This document shows positions 18,102 through 27,116 of a stretch of DNA of 64,000 nt, piece by piece. Where the stretch lies: the IMG/VR virus record IMGVR_UViG_3300045988_128165. One strand, 5' to 3'. The translations under genes and the position numbers were made by a program. Under the pieces are notes generated by a model. That model saw only the letters and a program-made list of their open reading frames with translations, ran no database searches and was not told where the DNA came from. Each line of letters opens with the position of its first letter. Positions within the stretch are counted from its first letter, which is position 1. The DNA is from a virus.

Positions 18102-19178
18102 ATGGCTTTATGGAAGAAAAATGAGGTAACAGTAGATATTACTAACTATCGCCACTATTGGAGAGCGCCAAAGAAATGGGGCAAAACTACATTGTTTGCA
18201 AATTTAATTAAAGAATTATATGGCGACATGAGTCATGGTCTATTGATTAGCTGTGGAAATGAGAGAGGTTATCTTGCTCTCGACAATCTAATGGTTGCTG
18301 ATTGCCCAGATTGGTCTACATTAATGGAAGTCGTTGACGAACTAGTAGAAAATAAGGACGAAAATTCGTTTTCTATTATTGCATTTGATACTGTTGACGA
18401 ATGGATTTCTATGGCTCAAAAGGAAATTGTGCGTCTTGACTATAAGAAGTCTGGCACCAAGCATGAATTTAATGCGTGTTTTGGAGGTTATGGAGCTGGG
18501 CGTAGAAAAGTGGATGAGCTAATTAATTCTGTTATTACCAGACTAGAATCCAGTGGGTACTGCTTAGTATTTATTGGCCACACTAAGATTAAGGACATTA
18601 AAGAGAAAAATGGCGATGAATATCAGATGCTTACATCTAATCTTTCAACAGATTATGATTCAATTTTTGCTAACAAGGCAGATATTTGTATGATGGGTGT
18701 TATTGAAAGAGAAATTACTGATGGACATGTAGATGGTGTTAGCAGATGGATGTACTTTCGTGGAAATGGATATATTGATGCAGGTGGTAGATTTGAAGAT
18801 ATTGCTGACAGAGTAGAAGTTTCTGCAAAGAATTATATTGATACTGTCAAGGATGCAATTAAGAATTCTATTAAGTCTCATGACGCAACAGACGAATATA
18901 TTGAGAGCAAATCAAAGCAAGAGAAAAAAGAAAAGGAAGACTATTATAATTCACATAAAGAGGATCTAATGGAAACAGACGAGTTGGATGTGGAAATTAG
19001 AAAAGACGAAGAATGCAAGAACCTTAAGGCAGAAATTAAGGGAGTTCTGTCATCTCTTTCTCCTGAAGACAAGAAAGCCAAACGTGCTGCCCTAAAGGAA
19101 GCAGGTCTTCCAGACCAGTTCGCCAAGGTTACAGACATTGCTATTCTAAACCAGATTCTTGAAGTAGTTTCACAGTAA
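18102..19178 (+). CDS. RecA-fold ATPase, Sak4/AAA_24-like
   Basis: Walker A PKKWGKTT; sits in the replication cluster. Confidence 0.55.
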   Translation: MALWKKNEVTVDITNYRHYWRAPKKWGKTTLFANLIKELYGDMSHGLLISCGNERGYLALDNLMVADCPDWSTLMEVVDELVENKDENSFSIIAFDTVDEWISMAQKEIVRLDYKKSGTKHEFNACFGGYGAGRRKVDELINSVITRLESSGYCLVFIGHTKIKDIKEKNGDEYQMLTSNLSTDYDSIFANKADICMMGVIEREITDGHVDGVSRWMYFRGNGYIDAGGRFEDIADRVEVSAKNYIDTVKDAIKNSIKSHDATDEYIESKSKQEKKEKEDYYNSHKEDLMETDELDVEIRKDEECKNLKAEIKGVLSSLSPEDKKAKRAALKEAGLPDQFAKVTDIAILNQILEVVSQ

Positions 19179-19191
19179 GGAGACATAACAA

Positions 19192-19857
19192 ATGAACGCC
19201 ACTTTAATTAGAAAATGCGCGTTCTGTGGGGAAGATATTGTTTTGACAAAGAATGATATGCATATGGTTTCTTACAAAAAGAAAAGCTATCATACTGAAT
19301 GTTTTAAAACAATGTGTAATGGGCGAGTACTAAAAAACAACAGGTACTCGTCCATTTATTCAGATGCCTTACAGAATTTAGATCAACTAGAATCAGAAGC
19401 AAAAAAGAAATTAATGCATCGTTTTGTGCAAGACGAATTTAATGAGTATTTGATTGTACATTATGATGTTGGGGCATTAAGTCGTCGTTTTTGGTCAATT
19501 ATTGCAGATATTCAATCTGGAAAATATAATGGAAGACGGTGCAAGCCAATTGAATTAGAAACATTGTTTGATATGTGGAAGGACTATCAGAAAGAACTAG
19601 ACAAAACGAATGCATGGAACAAGCATCATGGCAAGGTGATTGACGGAGAGGTAAGAGTTAACTATGATCTTGCTATTTTAATGAGCAATTATGTAAAATA
19701 TTCAAAAGCCAAGGAAAAAGCAAAGAAAGAAGCAGAAGAGAAAGAGAAACAAAATCGCGTTAAAAAGAGTGTAAACATTGATTATAGTAAAATTAAAGCA
19801 GTTGAACAGAATGATGGATTAGGGGATATTAGCGATCTTTTGGAAGACTTAATTTGA
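19192..19857 (+). CDS. zinc-finger / basic coiled-coil protein (possible helicase-loading role, by position only)
   Basis: ORF track; CAFCG...HTEC. Confidence 0.4.
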   Translation: MNATLIRKCAFCGEDIVLTKNDMHMVSYKKKSYHTECFKTMCNGRVLKNNRYSSIYSDALQNLDQLESEAKKKLMHRFVQDEFNEYLIVHYDVGALSRRFWSIIADIQSGKYNGRRCKPIELETLFDMWKDYQKELDKTNAWNKHHGKVIDGEVRVNYDLAILMSNYVKYSKAKEKAKKEAEEKEKQNRVKKSVNIDYSKIKAVEQNDGLGDISDLLEDLI

Positions 19858-19871
19858 TAGGAAGTGAAAAT

Positions 19872-21401
19872 ATGGAACTTGAATTAACTAATAGCCAGTC
19901 CGAAATGCTGGTAGTTGGATCATTTTATAAAGAGCCAACATTATATCTAACATATGGAACCTCAATTGTCCCAAAATATGATTTTTCGGACAAGGCATGT
20001 GAGTTTTTTTATCAGTTATTTTCTGATTATTATGTTTCATATTCTGAAGATTTTACCGAATTGAAAATTAATACGTTCTGTAGCATGTCTAAAGAGCGTT
20101 TTAAACAATATAGACAGTATGGTGGATATAAGACAATTAAAGAATTAATGGCAATGAGCGACCCTCATGATATTAAGAATTATCTTTCAATATTTAAAAA
20201 GTTTTCATTGCTAAGGGCTTTTAATGAGACTGGATATGATGTATCAAAAATTTTGGCAATTAAGAATTTCAATGCATTAACGCCAGATGATATTTGTAGA
20301 ATTGTTCGTGGCCGAATTGATAAGGTAGCTAATAAAGTACAAGCAATTGATGAACCTGTTGTTCTTACAGAAAACGCAGTTTCATGTATTGATCAATTCC
20401 TATGCATGCCATCTATGGGCGTTGCTGGGCCATGGCCATATCTTCAGAAGTATTATAGAGGATTGCTTCCCGGAAACGTTTTGATGACAGGAGCTTTGAG
20501 CAATAGCGGTAAGGGTAGAAATCTCGTTTATCTTATCGCATATCTAGTCCTTGTTCAAAAGCAAAAAATTCTATTGCTTGCAAACGAAATGTCGGCAGAG
20601 AGCATTAAATTGAATTTCTTAGTTACATGCATTAATTCTCCAGAGATTCAAGAGCTACATGGAATTAAAGATATTTATAAACCAGAAAGAGAAATTGCAC
20701 TCGGATCATATAAAGATGATAACGGAAAGTACATCTATAGACAAATGGATGATAATGGTGTGTATACAGAAGATGAAGAGTCTTATAAAAAGAGAATTTA
20801 TGAAACCTCTTCTGAATATCGTAAGGTGCAACGAATTATGCAATGGGTTGAATCTGAAAGTAGTGGCAAATTCTTGTTTAAGAACATCGGCTCTTGCTAT
20901 GAAGATGAAGTACTTGAAATGGAAATTAAAAAAGCCAATACAATTTACAAATGTGATGGTGTAGCATACGATACACTCAAATGTTCTGGACTTGAGGATT
21001 TTGCCAAGTTAGCCGCAACTGCTACAAAAATTACAGAGTGGATCCATGAAACAAAGATGTATTGTATTTGCACCTTCCAGCTTACAGATTCGGCGCATGA
21101 TATCCCTATTGAAAACCTAAATTCTCAGGAGATTGCAAGTTCAAAGAGAATGATGCATGTTACTGACCAAATGCAAATGTGGAAGCATTTATCAGCAGAT
21201 GATAAGCAAAACTATATATATGTCTGTGAAGATGATACTTGGGGAGAACCAATAGAACATGATTTAAGATATGATAAAAATTATGTTGGATTAAGAATTG
21301 TAAAGAACAGAGTTGGTTCTAAGAATGATTTGATCTGCTTTGAAGTAGATATGGACGGAAATGTTTGGAAAGAAATTGGTGTGCTTAAGAAGAAAATGTA
21401 A
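19872..21401 (+). CDS. DnaB-like replicative helicase
   Basis: N-terminal QSEMLVVGSF, P-loop GALSNSGKGRN; ORF track 19854 trimmed to ATG. Confidence 0.6.
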   Translation: MELELTNSQSEMLVVGSFYKEPTLYLTYGTSIVPKYDFSDKACEFFYQLFSDYYVSYSEDFTELKINTFCSMSKERFKQYRQYGGYKTIKELMAMSDPHDIKNYLSIFKKFSLLRAFNETGYDVSKILAIKNFNALTPDDICRIVRGRIDKVANKVQAIDEPVVLTENAVSCIDQFLCMPSMGVAGPWPYLQKYYRGLLPGNVLMTGALSNSGKGRNLVYLIAYLVLVQKQKILLLANEMSAESIKLNFLVTCINSPEIQELHGIKDIYKPEREIALGSYKDDNGKYIYRQMDDNGVYTEDEESYKKRIYETSSEYRKVQRIMQWVESESSGKFLFKNIGSCYEDEVLEMEIKKANTIYKCDGVAYDTLKCSGLEDFAKLAATATKITEWIHETKMYCICTFQLTDSAHDIPIENLNSQEIASSKRMMHVTDQMQMWKHLSADDKQNYIYVCEDDTWGEPIEHDLRYDKNYVGLRIVKNRVGSKNDLICFEVDMDGNVWKEIGVLKKKM

Positions 21402-21492
21402 AGCCAACAAAGGTGAGATTCTTGGACGTAGTCTTAAGATTGATAGTATTAATTAAATAATATTTAGCAATGCATTGATTTAATTATACATA

Positions 21493-21526
21493 AACTCCCA
21501 CCTATATAGTGGGAGTTATTTTTTTA
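21493..21526 (+). terminator. intrinsic terminator
   Basis: 9-bp stem AACTCCCAC/GTGGGAGTT followed by a T7 run. Confidence 0.8.
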
Positions 21527-21573
21527 TATAAAAGTCGCCAAATTATTAACTGTAGTTTGTACAACTTGCTATA

Positions 21574-21601
21574 TTGACAAACCGTAGAAATGCGATATAC
21601 T
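21574..21601 (+). promoter_or_regulatory. sigma-A-type promoter
   Basis: TTGACA, 16 nt, TATACT. Confidence 0.65.
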
Positions 21602-21608
21602 GGCTATA

Positions 21609-21620
21609 GTACAAAATTAT
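21609..21620 (+). repeat. motif copy GTACAAAATTAT in the leader
   Basis: 8 nt downstream of the -10 box. Confidence 0.75.
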
Positions 21621-21661
21621 AGTACATTAAGGCAACAAATTTATAAAGGAGCAATCAACAA

Positions 21662-22006
21662 ATGTCAAATGAATATAAGGATTGGCTCAACGATCAAAAA
21701 GGGCAAAATAAAGTAATTTTTAATCAGCTTCGAAGTGGAAAACATCCATTTGTTAGTTTGGAAGAACTAGAATTTTTTATCCATTGTATTAACGATTTTG
21801 GTATTAATGGGTTGATTATTCAGCAAAGTCATGTTAATAATGGATTTTATCTTGGTGTTGATGACGCAACTATTAATAAGTGGATGGAAAAAGATTCGAT
21901 GAATATTAGAGATTGCCACAAATGTGTCTATGAAGTCGGATGCAATGGCGATCCAGTAAGATGCACATCTTATAAGAGAGATGCGCCAGATGGAGGATGT
22001 TATTAA
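21662..22006 (+). CDS. hypothetical protein
   Basis: ORF track; AAGGAG RBS. Confidence 0.6.
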   Translation: MSNEYKDWLNDQKGQNKVIFNQLRSGKHPFVSLEELEFFIHCINDFGINGLIIQQSHVNNGFYLGVDDATINKWMEKDSMNIRDCHKCVYEVGCNGDPVRCTSYKRDAPDGGCY

Positions 22007-22007
22007 A

Positions 22008-22175
22008 ATGAGTTTTGATAATCGGGTTGTGATTGTAAGTAATTATGCAACTGAAGCACTTAATAATGAACTGGACTATTGGGGTGATCGTGGATTCAGG
22101 TTAGTTTCTACTGAAATGGCAGAGAATATATATGGCGTTACAGTTATGTATCTATTTTTTACAAAAGAGGCATAA
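22008..22175 (+). CDS. 55-aa protein, paralog of 28636..28839
   Basis: shared SNYAT...LVST-MA-N-YGV-VMYLFFT. Confidence 0.55.
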   Translation: MSFDNRVVIVSNYATEALNNELDYWGDRGFRLVSTEMAENIYGVTVMYLFFTKEA

Positions 22176-22180
22176 GATAA

Positions 22181-22381
22181 ATGGACAAATGCGGGACATG
22201 CAAGCATTATATTGGTTGTGGAGATTGGAATTTATGCTGTGATATTCCACATCCGACCCATAAAGAAAAAGAAATGGGGATGACTTTTATATTTGGGCAT
22301 TTGTGTTATGAGGACACAAGTGCTTGTGACATGTACGAGCCGAAAGGAGCAAACTATGTTAATGAAAATTGCACATCATAA
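22181..22381 (+). CDS. small Cys-rich protein
   Basis: ORF track. Confidence 0.55.
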   Translation: MDKCGTCKHYIGCGDWNLCCDIPHPTHKEKEMGMTFIFGHLCYEDTSACDMYEPKGANYVNENCTS

Positions 22382-22625
22382 TGATGGAAAGGAAAAGTTT
22401 CAATCACATACTTGTTATTTATTTAATGATGTTGATAGATATCATAATTTTGACTTAACAAATATTTATGGATATGGCGAAACAAAAGAAGAAGCTATAG
22501 AAAACTTAAAGAAAAAACTCGCATATTATTTTGACGAGCTTCATGCGCTAGAAGAGATGCTTTATGAAACAGGTGTGCTCGACAACGATATTGTTGAAGT
22601 TGATTGTTTAGGAAGAAAGATTTGA
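22356..22625 (+). CDS. hypothetical protein
   Basis: ORF track 22293 trimmed to the ATG behind AAGGAG. Confidence 0.5.
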   Translation: MLMKIAHHNDGKEKFQSHTCYLFNDVDRYHNFDLTNIYGYGETKEEAIENLKKKLAYYFDELHALEEMLYETGVLDNDIVEVDCLGRKI

Positions 22626-22639
22626 GGAGGATTAAACAA

Positions 22640-22915
22640 ATGAGGCCAATTGATGCTGATATGGTCAATGAAGTAATTATATTTGATAAAGATAATGAAA
22701 ATATCAACGTTGCTGCTGTCAGAGAATACTGCCTCAAGCAGAAAGCGTTTCTTGATAAGTTTCCTACAATAGAGGCCATCCCTGTCTCTGAACTTGAAGC
22801 ACTACGTGATTTCCTTTATGAAAACGATTTAATTTTTAAGAAGGGATTAAGTAAATTAAACGAACTAATAGAAAAATATGAGATAAAGGGGTATAATGAA
22901 AATGATGATATGTGA
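22640..22915 (+). CDS. hypothetical protein (MRPIDAD N-terminus)
   Basis: ORF track 22604 trimmed to the ATG behind GAGGAGG. Confidence 0.55.
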   Translation: MRPIDADMVNEVIIFDKDNENINVAAVREYCLKQKAFLDKFPTIEAIPVSELEALRDFLYENDLIFKKGLSKLNELIEKYEIKGYNENDDM

Positions 22916-23177
22916 AGAAGGTAGACATTGCGCTCTTTGTGATGATAGTTGTCCTTCATATATTGAAGTAGTTCCAGTAAAAGAACTTAAAAAAACCAAA
23001 GAAGCAATAAGCGATCTTATTTATAAGGCATTCGATAATATTTATTGTGATAATTGTAGATATGATGATATGGATAATTTTTATTATCATTGCGACGATT
23101 GCCATAGAAAATATGTTAATTGGGCTGTGTCGCGTTATGATTGTGATTTGCTTGCCGAAAGGATTTTGAGTGAATAA
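22896..23177 (+). CDS. Cys-rich protein
   Basis: ORF track. Confidence 0.55.
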   Translation: MKMMICEEGRHCALCDDSCPSYIEVVPVKELKKTKEAISDLIYKAFDNIYCDNCRYDDMDNFYYHCDDCHRKYVNWAVSRYDCDLLAERILSE

Positions 23178-23178
23178 A

Positions 23179-23568
23179 ATGAAATATTGGATTGATGAAC
23201 AAACAGGATGTAAAATGTGTGAGCCAAATTGCGTAGATGAATGGTTACAATTTATATGGGACATCGGTTGCGATTATGATGGGTATAGTGATGCGAATAA
23301 CCTAAAACAGCTTATTGATGAGTTGGTCAATGCATCTATTCAAGCGAGAGAGTGCTTGCATAAAGGAGAATTGTTTGCGAAAGAAATGATGACTGAACAT
23401 ATTAATAAAGAAAAATGCGCCAAATGTACATATCATGATGCTTTTTGGGATGGTTCAGAATGTAACTTGCTAAATAATATGGAGCCTTGTAAGTTTGAAC
23501 CAAAGGATCATTCAGATGGATCATTACTATTTGCAGGTTTGGAGGAGATTATAGATGCGGCTGATTGA
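23179..23568 (+). CDS. Cys-rich protein
   Basis: ORF track 23170 (GTG) or ATG 23179. Confidence 0.5.
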   Translation: MKYWIDEQTGCKMCEPNCVDEWLQFIWDIGCDYDGYSDANNLKQLIDELVNASIQARECLHKGELFAKEMMTEHINKEKCAKCTYHDAFWDGSECNLLNNMEPCKFEPKDHSDGSLLFAGLEEIIDAAD

Positions 23569-23812
23569 TGCTGACGAGACTCTAAGTAGTTTATCGAATG
23601 ATCTGCCATACAAAGGCAGTGTCAGGCGAGTGTTGATGCAAGCGCCAACTGTAGATGGAGTGCATGCACATTGGATTCATCACCCGGACAATCTATTTCC
23701 GACAGAAAGTACAATGGAATGTTCACATTGTCATGAAGAGGAAACTGTTTTTATCTCGAATGATAATTATTGTCCAAATTGTGGAGCCAAGATGGATGAA
23801 TTTGATACTTGA
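23555..23812 (+). CDS. zinc-ribbon protein (MRLIDAD N-terminus)
   Basis: ORF track; CSHC...CPNC. Confidence 0.55.
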   Translation: MRLIDADETLSSLSNDLPYKGSVRRVLMQAPTVDGVHAHWIHHPDNLFPTESTMECSHCHEEETVFISNDNYCPNCGAKMDEFDT

Positions 23813-23837
23813 CAAACAGCAATTCTTGTGATATAAT
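23809..23837 (+). promoter_or_regulatory. consensus sigma-A promoter P1
   Basis: TTGACA, 17 nt, TATAAT. Confidence 0.75.
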
Positions 23838-23889
23838 CCAAGCATAGTTGAAAGAAGTCAATATGTGATTCAAAAAACGAAAAAAGCTA

Positions 23890-23918
23890 TTGACAAACAG
23901 AAAAACATATGGTATAAT
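23890..23918 (+). promoter_or_regulatory. consensus sigma-A promoter P2
   Basis: TTGACA, 17 nt, TATAAT; leader similar to P1. Confidence 0.75.
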
Positions 23919-23936
23919 TCAAGCATAAGTCAAAAG

Positions 23937-23951
23937 ACAATACAAAATTAT
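23937..23951 (+). repeat. motif copy ACAATACAAAATTAT in the P2 leader
   Basis: 19 nt downstream of the -10 box. Confidence 0.8.
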
Positions 23952-23977
23952 TTAAAAAAGAAAGGACAAAAGAAAAA

Positions 23978-24322
23978 ATGGCTATTCAGTATTATAGCAA
24001 CCCAAACACGAAGGAAACGTTCGCCGTTCTAAGAGGAACTGAGCTTGATGCAATTAATAAGATTGATAAGTTTCTCAATGAGTTTGACTGTTATATGATT
24101 CGTGAGAAGTACATGATGCCTAAGCAGTTTAAGGTTAAGGTCAAGCTTGCGAAAGGTGATGTGTACGACGAGGAGAAGGGCAAGATGCTTGCAAAGGAAA
24201 AGCTTATGAAGAAGTATTATAGTGCTTTTGATAAGCGAATTGATATGTTTAGAGCAGATCTGATTGCACTAAACAGTCGTGTATTTGAAACTCCAGTAGA
24301 AATTCTTGAAAATACCCCTTGA
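23978..24322 (+). CDS. hypothetical protein, probably highly expressed
   Basis: ORF track; AAG/GAG-biased codons; two consensus promoters upstream. Confidence 0.6.
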   Translation: MAIQYYSNPNTKETFAVLRGTELDAINKIDKFLNEFDCYMIREKYMMPKQFKVKVKLAKGDVYDEEKGKMLAKEKLMKKYYSAFDKRIDMFRADLIALNSRVFETPVEILENTP

Positions 24323-24347
24323 CAATATGAAATTATTGTGGTATAAT
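24319..24347 (+). promoter_or_regulatory. consensus sigma-A promoter P3 with motif variant in the spacer
   Basis: TTGACA, ATATGAAATTATTGTGG, TATAAT. Confidence 0.75.
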
Positions 24348-24426
24348 CCAGAATGTAGTCAAGAGAGAGCCAACTTGATTGATTGAGCCGATTGAATACA
24401 TAAAAAGAAAAAACCACAAGATGCAC

Positions 24427-24455
24427 TTGACATATGACAAGTAATGTGGTAATAT
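24427..24455 (+). promoter_or_regulatory. sigma-A promoter P4
   Basis: TTGACA, 17 nt, TAATAT. Confidence 0.7.
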
Positions 24456-24468
24456 GTAAGCACGCTAG

Positions 24469-24483
24469 ACAGTACAAAATTAT
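24469..24483 (+). repeat. motif copy ACAGTACAAAATTAT in the P4 leader
   Basis: 14 nt downstream of the -10 box. Confidence 0.8.
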
Positions 24484-24522
24484 AGTTAATAATTAAAAAT
24501 CACTAAAAGGAGATTATGAATT

Positions 24523-25179
24523 ATGGCAACGAAGGAACAGATGACAGTCCACAAGGCGCTTGCAGAGCTTAAGGTTATTGATTCACGTATCAATAATGCG
24601 ATTTGTTCTGGTACGTTTGTGATTGCGAATAAGCATTCCAATGAGAAGATTCATGGAGTGACTATTAATGAGTTCAAGAACAGCATGAAGTCAGATTTCC
24701 AGAAGGTGTCTGATCTGATTGCAAGACGTAATGCAATCAAGAAGGCAGTTGTTGCATCTAATGCAGTAACGAAGGTTAAGGTTGGTGACACTGAATACAC
24801 AGTTGCTACCGCAATTGAGATGAAGAACCATGGAATGGAGTTCAAGAACACATTCAAGAAGCGTCTTGAATCTCAGTATGCTGTAGCAAAGAATGAGCTT
24901 GATAAGAACAGTGGTGATCCTCTTGAGAAGAGAGCAGAGAATTATGTTCTTAGTGTCATTCAGGCACAGCCGAAGGATTCTAAGATGGCTGTTGATTCGG
25001 AAGCGATGAAGAATCTTCGCGTTCAGTACATCAAGGATAACACTTATGACATCATTGATCCTATTGGCGTCAAGGATGCAATTGAGCAGCTTGACAACGA
25101 GATTTCTAGTTTTATTACAGAAGTTGATGCGGCACTTTCGGTTAGTAACGCACTAACTGTGCTTGATATCGAGTATTAA
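24523..25179 (+). CDS. 218-aa protein, probably abundant, function unknown
   Basis: ORF track; AAGGAG RBS; strong AAG/GAG/CTT codon bias compared with neighbours. Confidence 0.6.
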   Translation: MATKEQMTVHKALAELKVIDSRINNAICSGTFVIANKHSNEKIHGVTINEFKNSMKSDFQKVSDLIARRNAIKKAVVASNAVTKVKVGDTEYTVATAIEMKNHGMEFKNTFKKRLESQYAVAKNELDKNSGDPLEKRAENYVLSVIQAQPKDSKMAVDSEAMKNLRVQYIKDNTYDIIDPIGVKDAIEQLDNEISSFITEVDAALSVSNALTVLDIEY

Positions 25180-25660
25180 GCAGCTAACTTGCTGCCATTC
25201 GAAAACCTAGAACGGACTTGCTTCGATGGTTTTGACCGATACATTGATGTGAAATAATAAAAAAATTGGTCTTCAACAATATTTTTACTAATTCTAATAG
25301 TACAGTAAAAAAGATCTAATATATGGATTGACTTAAAATTAAGATGTACATATATTTTTCAACTGTAAAGATTAAAGTTTAAATATCAATGTTCAGAGAT
25401 CAATGCTCAAAGATTATTTTTTCGTCAAAGTTTAAGTCTTAAAGTTGTAAAGAGGGCTTTTAGATAATTATTAATTAAAATTGTGTGCCCACAAAGTTTT
25501 ACAAAATCCTTGAGCAATGGTTTGGTTTCAAGTTCAATGGCCATAGGTTATCCACAAGGCTGAATGGTAGCAATACTTGTACGAAAATAGGCTAATGTGA
25601 AATAGACAGACTTTTGAGTACTAGCAGAGCTGGGTATCTCTGAAAACTGCCTGTAAATAT

Positions 25661-25749
25661 GGCGGAGTATCCGAATGGCACAGGAAATTGACTTAAAATC
25701 AATCGGCAATTAAGTTTGCTTGCGAGTTCAAATCTCGTCTCCGCTACCA
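25661..25749 (+). tRNA. tRNA-Leu(UAA), type II
   Basis: acceptor GGCGGAG/CTCCGCT, loop CTTAAAA, long variable arm, T-loop TTCAAAT, encoded CCA. Confidence 0.8.
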
Positions 25750-25830
25750 ACTCGCTAACGTTTCTTTTGTATTTCTTTCATTCAGAGTACAACGAAGACA
25801 AGAAATATAGATAAAATGGTTTTATAATAT

Positions 25831-25906
25831 GTCCAAGTAACTCAGCGCATAGAGTATGCGGCTACGAACCACAAAGTCGGGAGTTGGGATCTCCCCTTGG
25901 ATGCCA
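25831..25906 (+). tRNA. tRNA-Arg(ACG) with non-canonical T-loop
   Basis: acceptor GTCCAAG/CTTGGAT, loop CTACGAA, T-loop TTGGGAT, CCA. Confidence 0.65.
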
Positions 25907-25940
25907 ACACATTAATGAATAACACTATTTATCAATTGAG

Positions 25941-26711
25941 ATGATGCCAAATATGTATAGAAGAGAAAAGATTAAAGGGTATGAGCGCTATGAAGTTGAT
26001 ACTAATGGCGTTGTATATAGTCAAAAAGGAAATCCTTTAAAATTTCACGTCAACCATAATGGATATTGTATGGTATGTCTGTGCACGAATGGAGAAATAA
26101 AAGGATTTGGAATACATCAGCTTGTAGCAAGACAATTTATTGAGAATGATGATCCTTTGAATAAAACGCAAGTTAATCATAAAGATGGCAATAAACAGAA
26201 CAATCATGTTGAAAATTTAGAATGGGCAACAGCAAAAGAGAATATGCGCCATTCTGTTGATATCCTCGGCAATTATTTAGAAGACAAAAATGCCAATGCT
26301 CGTACTATTTACGGAGTTGATATAAAAACCCATGAGGTTAAATATAGATTCACAAGTTTGATTGGCGCAGCTAGGTTTTTTGCTGATGATAAAAATAAAG
26401 AAAGACATATACAAGCAACGTTATGGAGAGTCTTAAATCATTATGAAGCGTCACGTTCATATAGAAGTTGTTTATGGTTTTATGAAGACGAATGCCCTTA
26501 TGAAATAAATGATGTAGTTAATTTGTCAGATAACTATATCCCAGATCGTGGGTTCAGAAAACTTTCAGACGATGATGTTAAATGGATTCGCACACATTAT
26601 ATTCCATACGATAATGAGTTTGGAACACGAGGAGTTGCTAGAAGATTTCACATAGATAATAGCACAGTATCAGATATTGTAAATTATAAAACATATACAG
26701 ATATATGCTAA
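25941..26711 (+). CDS. HNH homing endonuclease (NUMOD4 + HNH_3 type)
   Basis: YERYEVDTNGVVYS; NHKDGNKQNNHVENLEW. Confidence 0.85.
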   Translation: MMPNMYRREKIKGYERYEVDTNGVVYSQKGNPLKFHVNHNGYCMVCLCTNGEIKGFGIHQLVARQFIENDDPLNKTQVNHKDGNKQNNHVENLEWATAKENMRHSVDILGNYLEDKNANARTIYGVDIKTHEVKYRFTSLIGAARFFADDKNKERHIQATLWRVLNHYEASRSYRSCLWFYEDECPYEINDVVNLSDNYIPDRGFRKLSDDDVKWIRTHYIPYDNEFGTRGVARRFHIDNSTVSDIVNYKTYTDIC

Positions 26712-26751
26712 CACCATTGACCTTGGCAAGTCATTAAACTACCATCTATAT

Positions 26752-26836
26752 GGGGGTATGGCGTAACTAGCAACCGCGCAAGTCTCAAAAACTTGTGGAG
26801 AAATCCGTCCGGGCGCACATCCCGGTACCCCTACCA
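26752..26836 (+). tRNA. tRNA-Leu(CAA), type II, non-canonical T-loop
   Basis: acceptor GGGGGTA/TACCCCT, loop CTCAAAA, T-arm CCGGG-CGCACAT-CCCGG, CCA. Confidence 0.7.
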
Positions 26837-26839
26837 CAT

Positions 26840-26932
26840 CCTCCTTTAGTGTAATGGTAGCACGGCGCACGCAAGGCGCTAGAGCGGTTCAACTCCGTAA
26901 TGTGTTAGAGCGGTTCAATTCCGCAAGGAGGT
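26840..26932 (+). tRNA. tRNA-Cys(GCA)-like with a 26-nt tandem duplication of the T-arm
   Basis: acceptor CCTCCTT/AAGGAGG; TAGAGCGGTTCAACTCCG then TAGAGCGGTTCAATTCCG. Confidence 0.5.
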
Positions 26933-27116
26933 CGTCTGGCACGGACGAAGTGCGCTGTGGTCATACAGTAAAATGACAAAGCTCATGGCCGATATGGATG
27001 GCGACAAATATGAGCGAGGCAGAACAATTAAATCTTGGGTCTGCAAGTAAGCCTGTCGGCAACAGAGGAGAGCCTTATGCTTGCTAGGTGTTCTAGATGC
27101 CTTTCTCCTCATAAAT

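Noticed and set aside
27065-27110. Mini-helix with a CUA loop as an amber suppressor tRNA
   Set aside because: It has an acceptor-like stem and an anticodon-like stem-loop but no T-arm or proper D-arm. TCTAGA is also a simple palindrome with an alternative pairing. It is kept only as a note in a finding.
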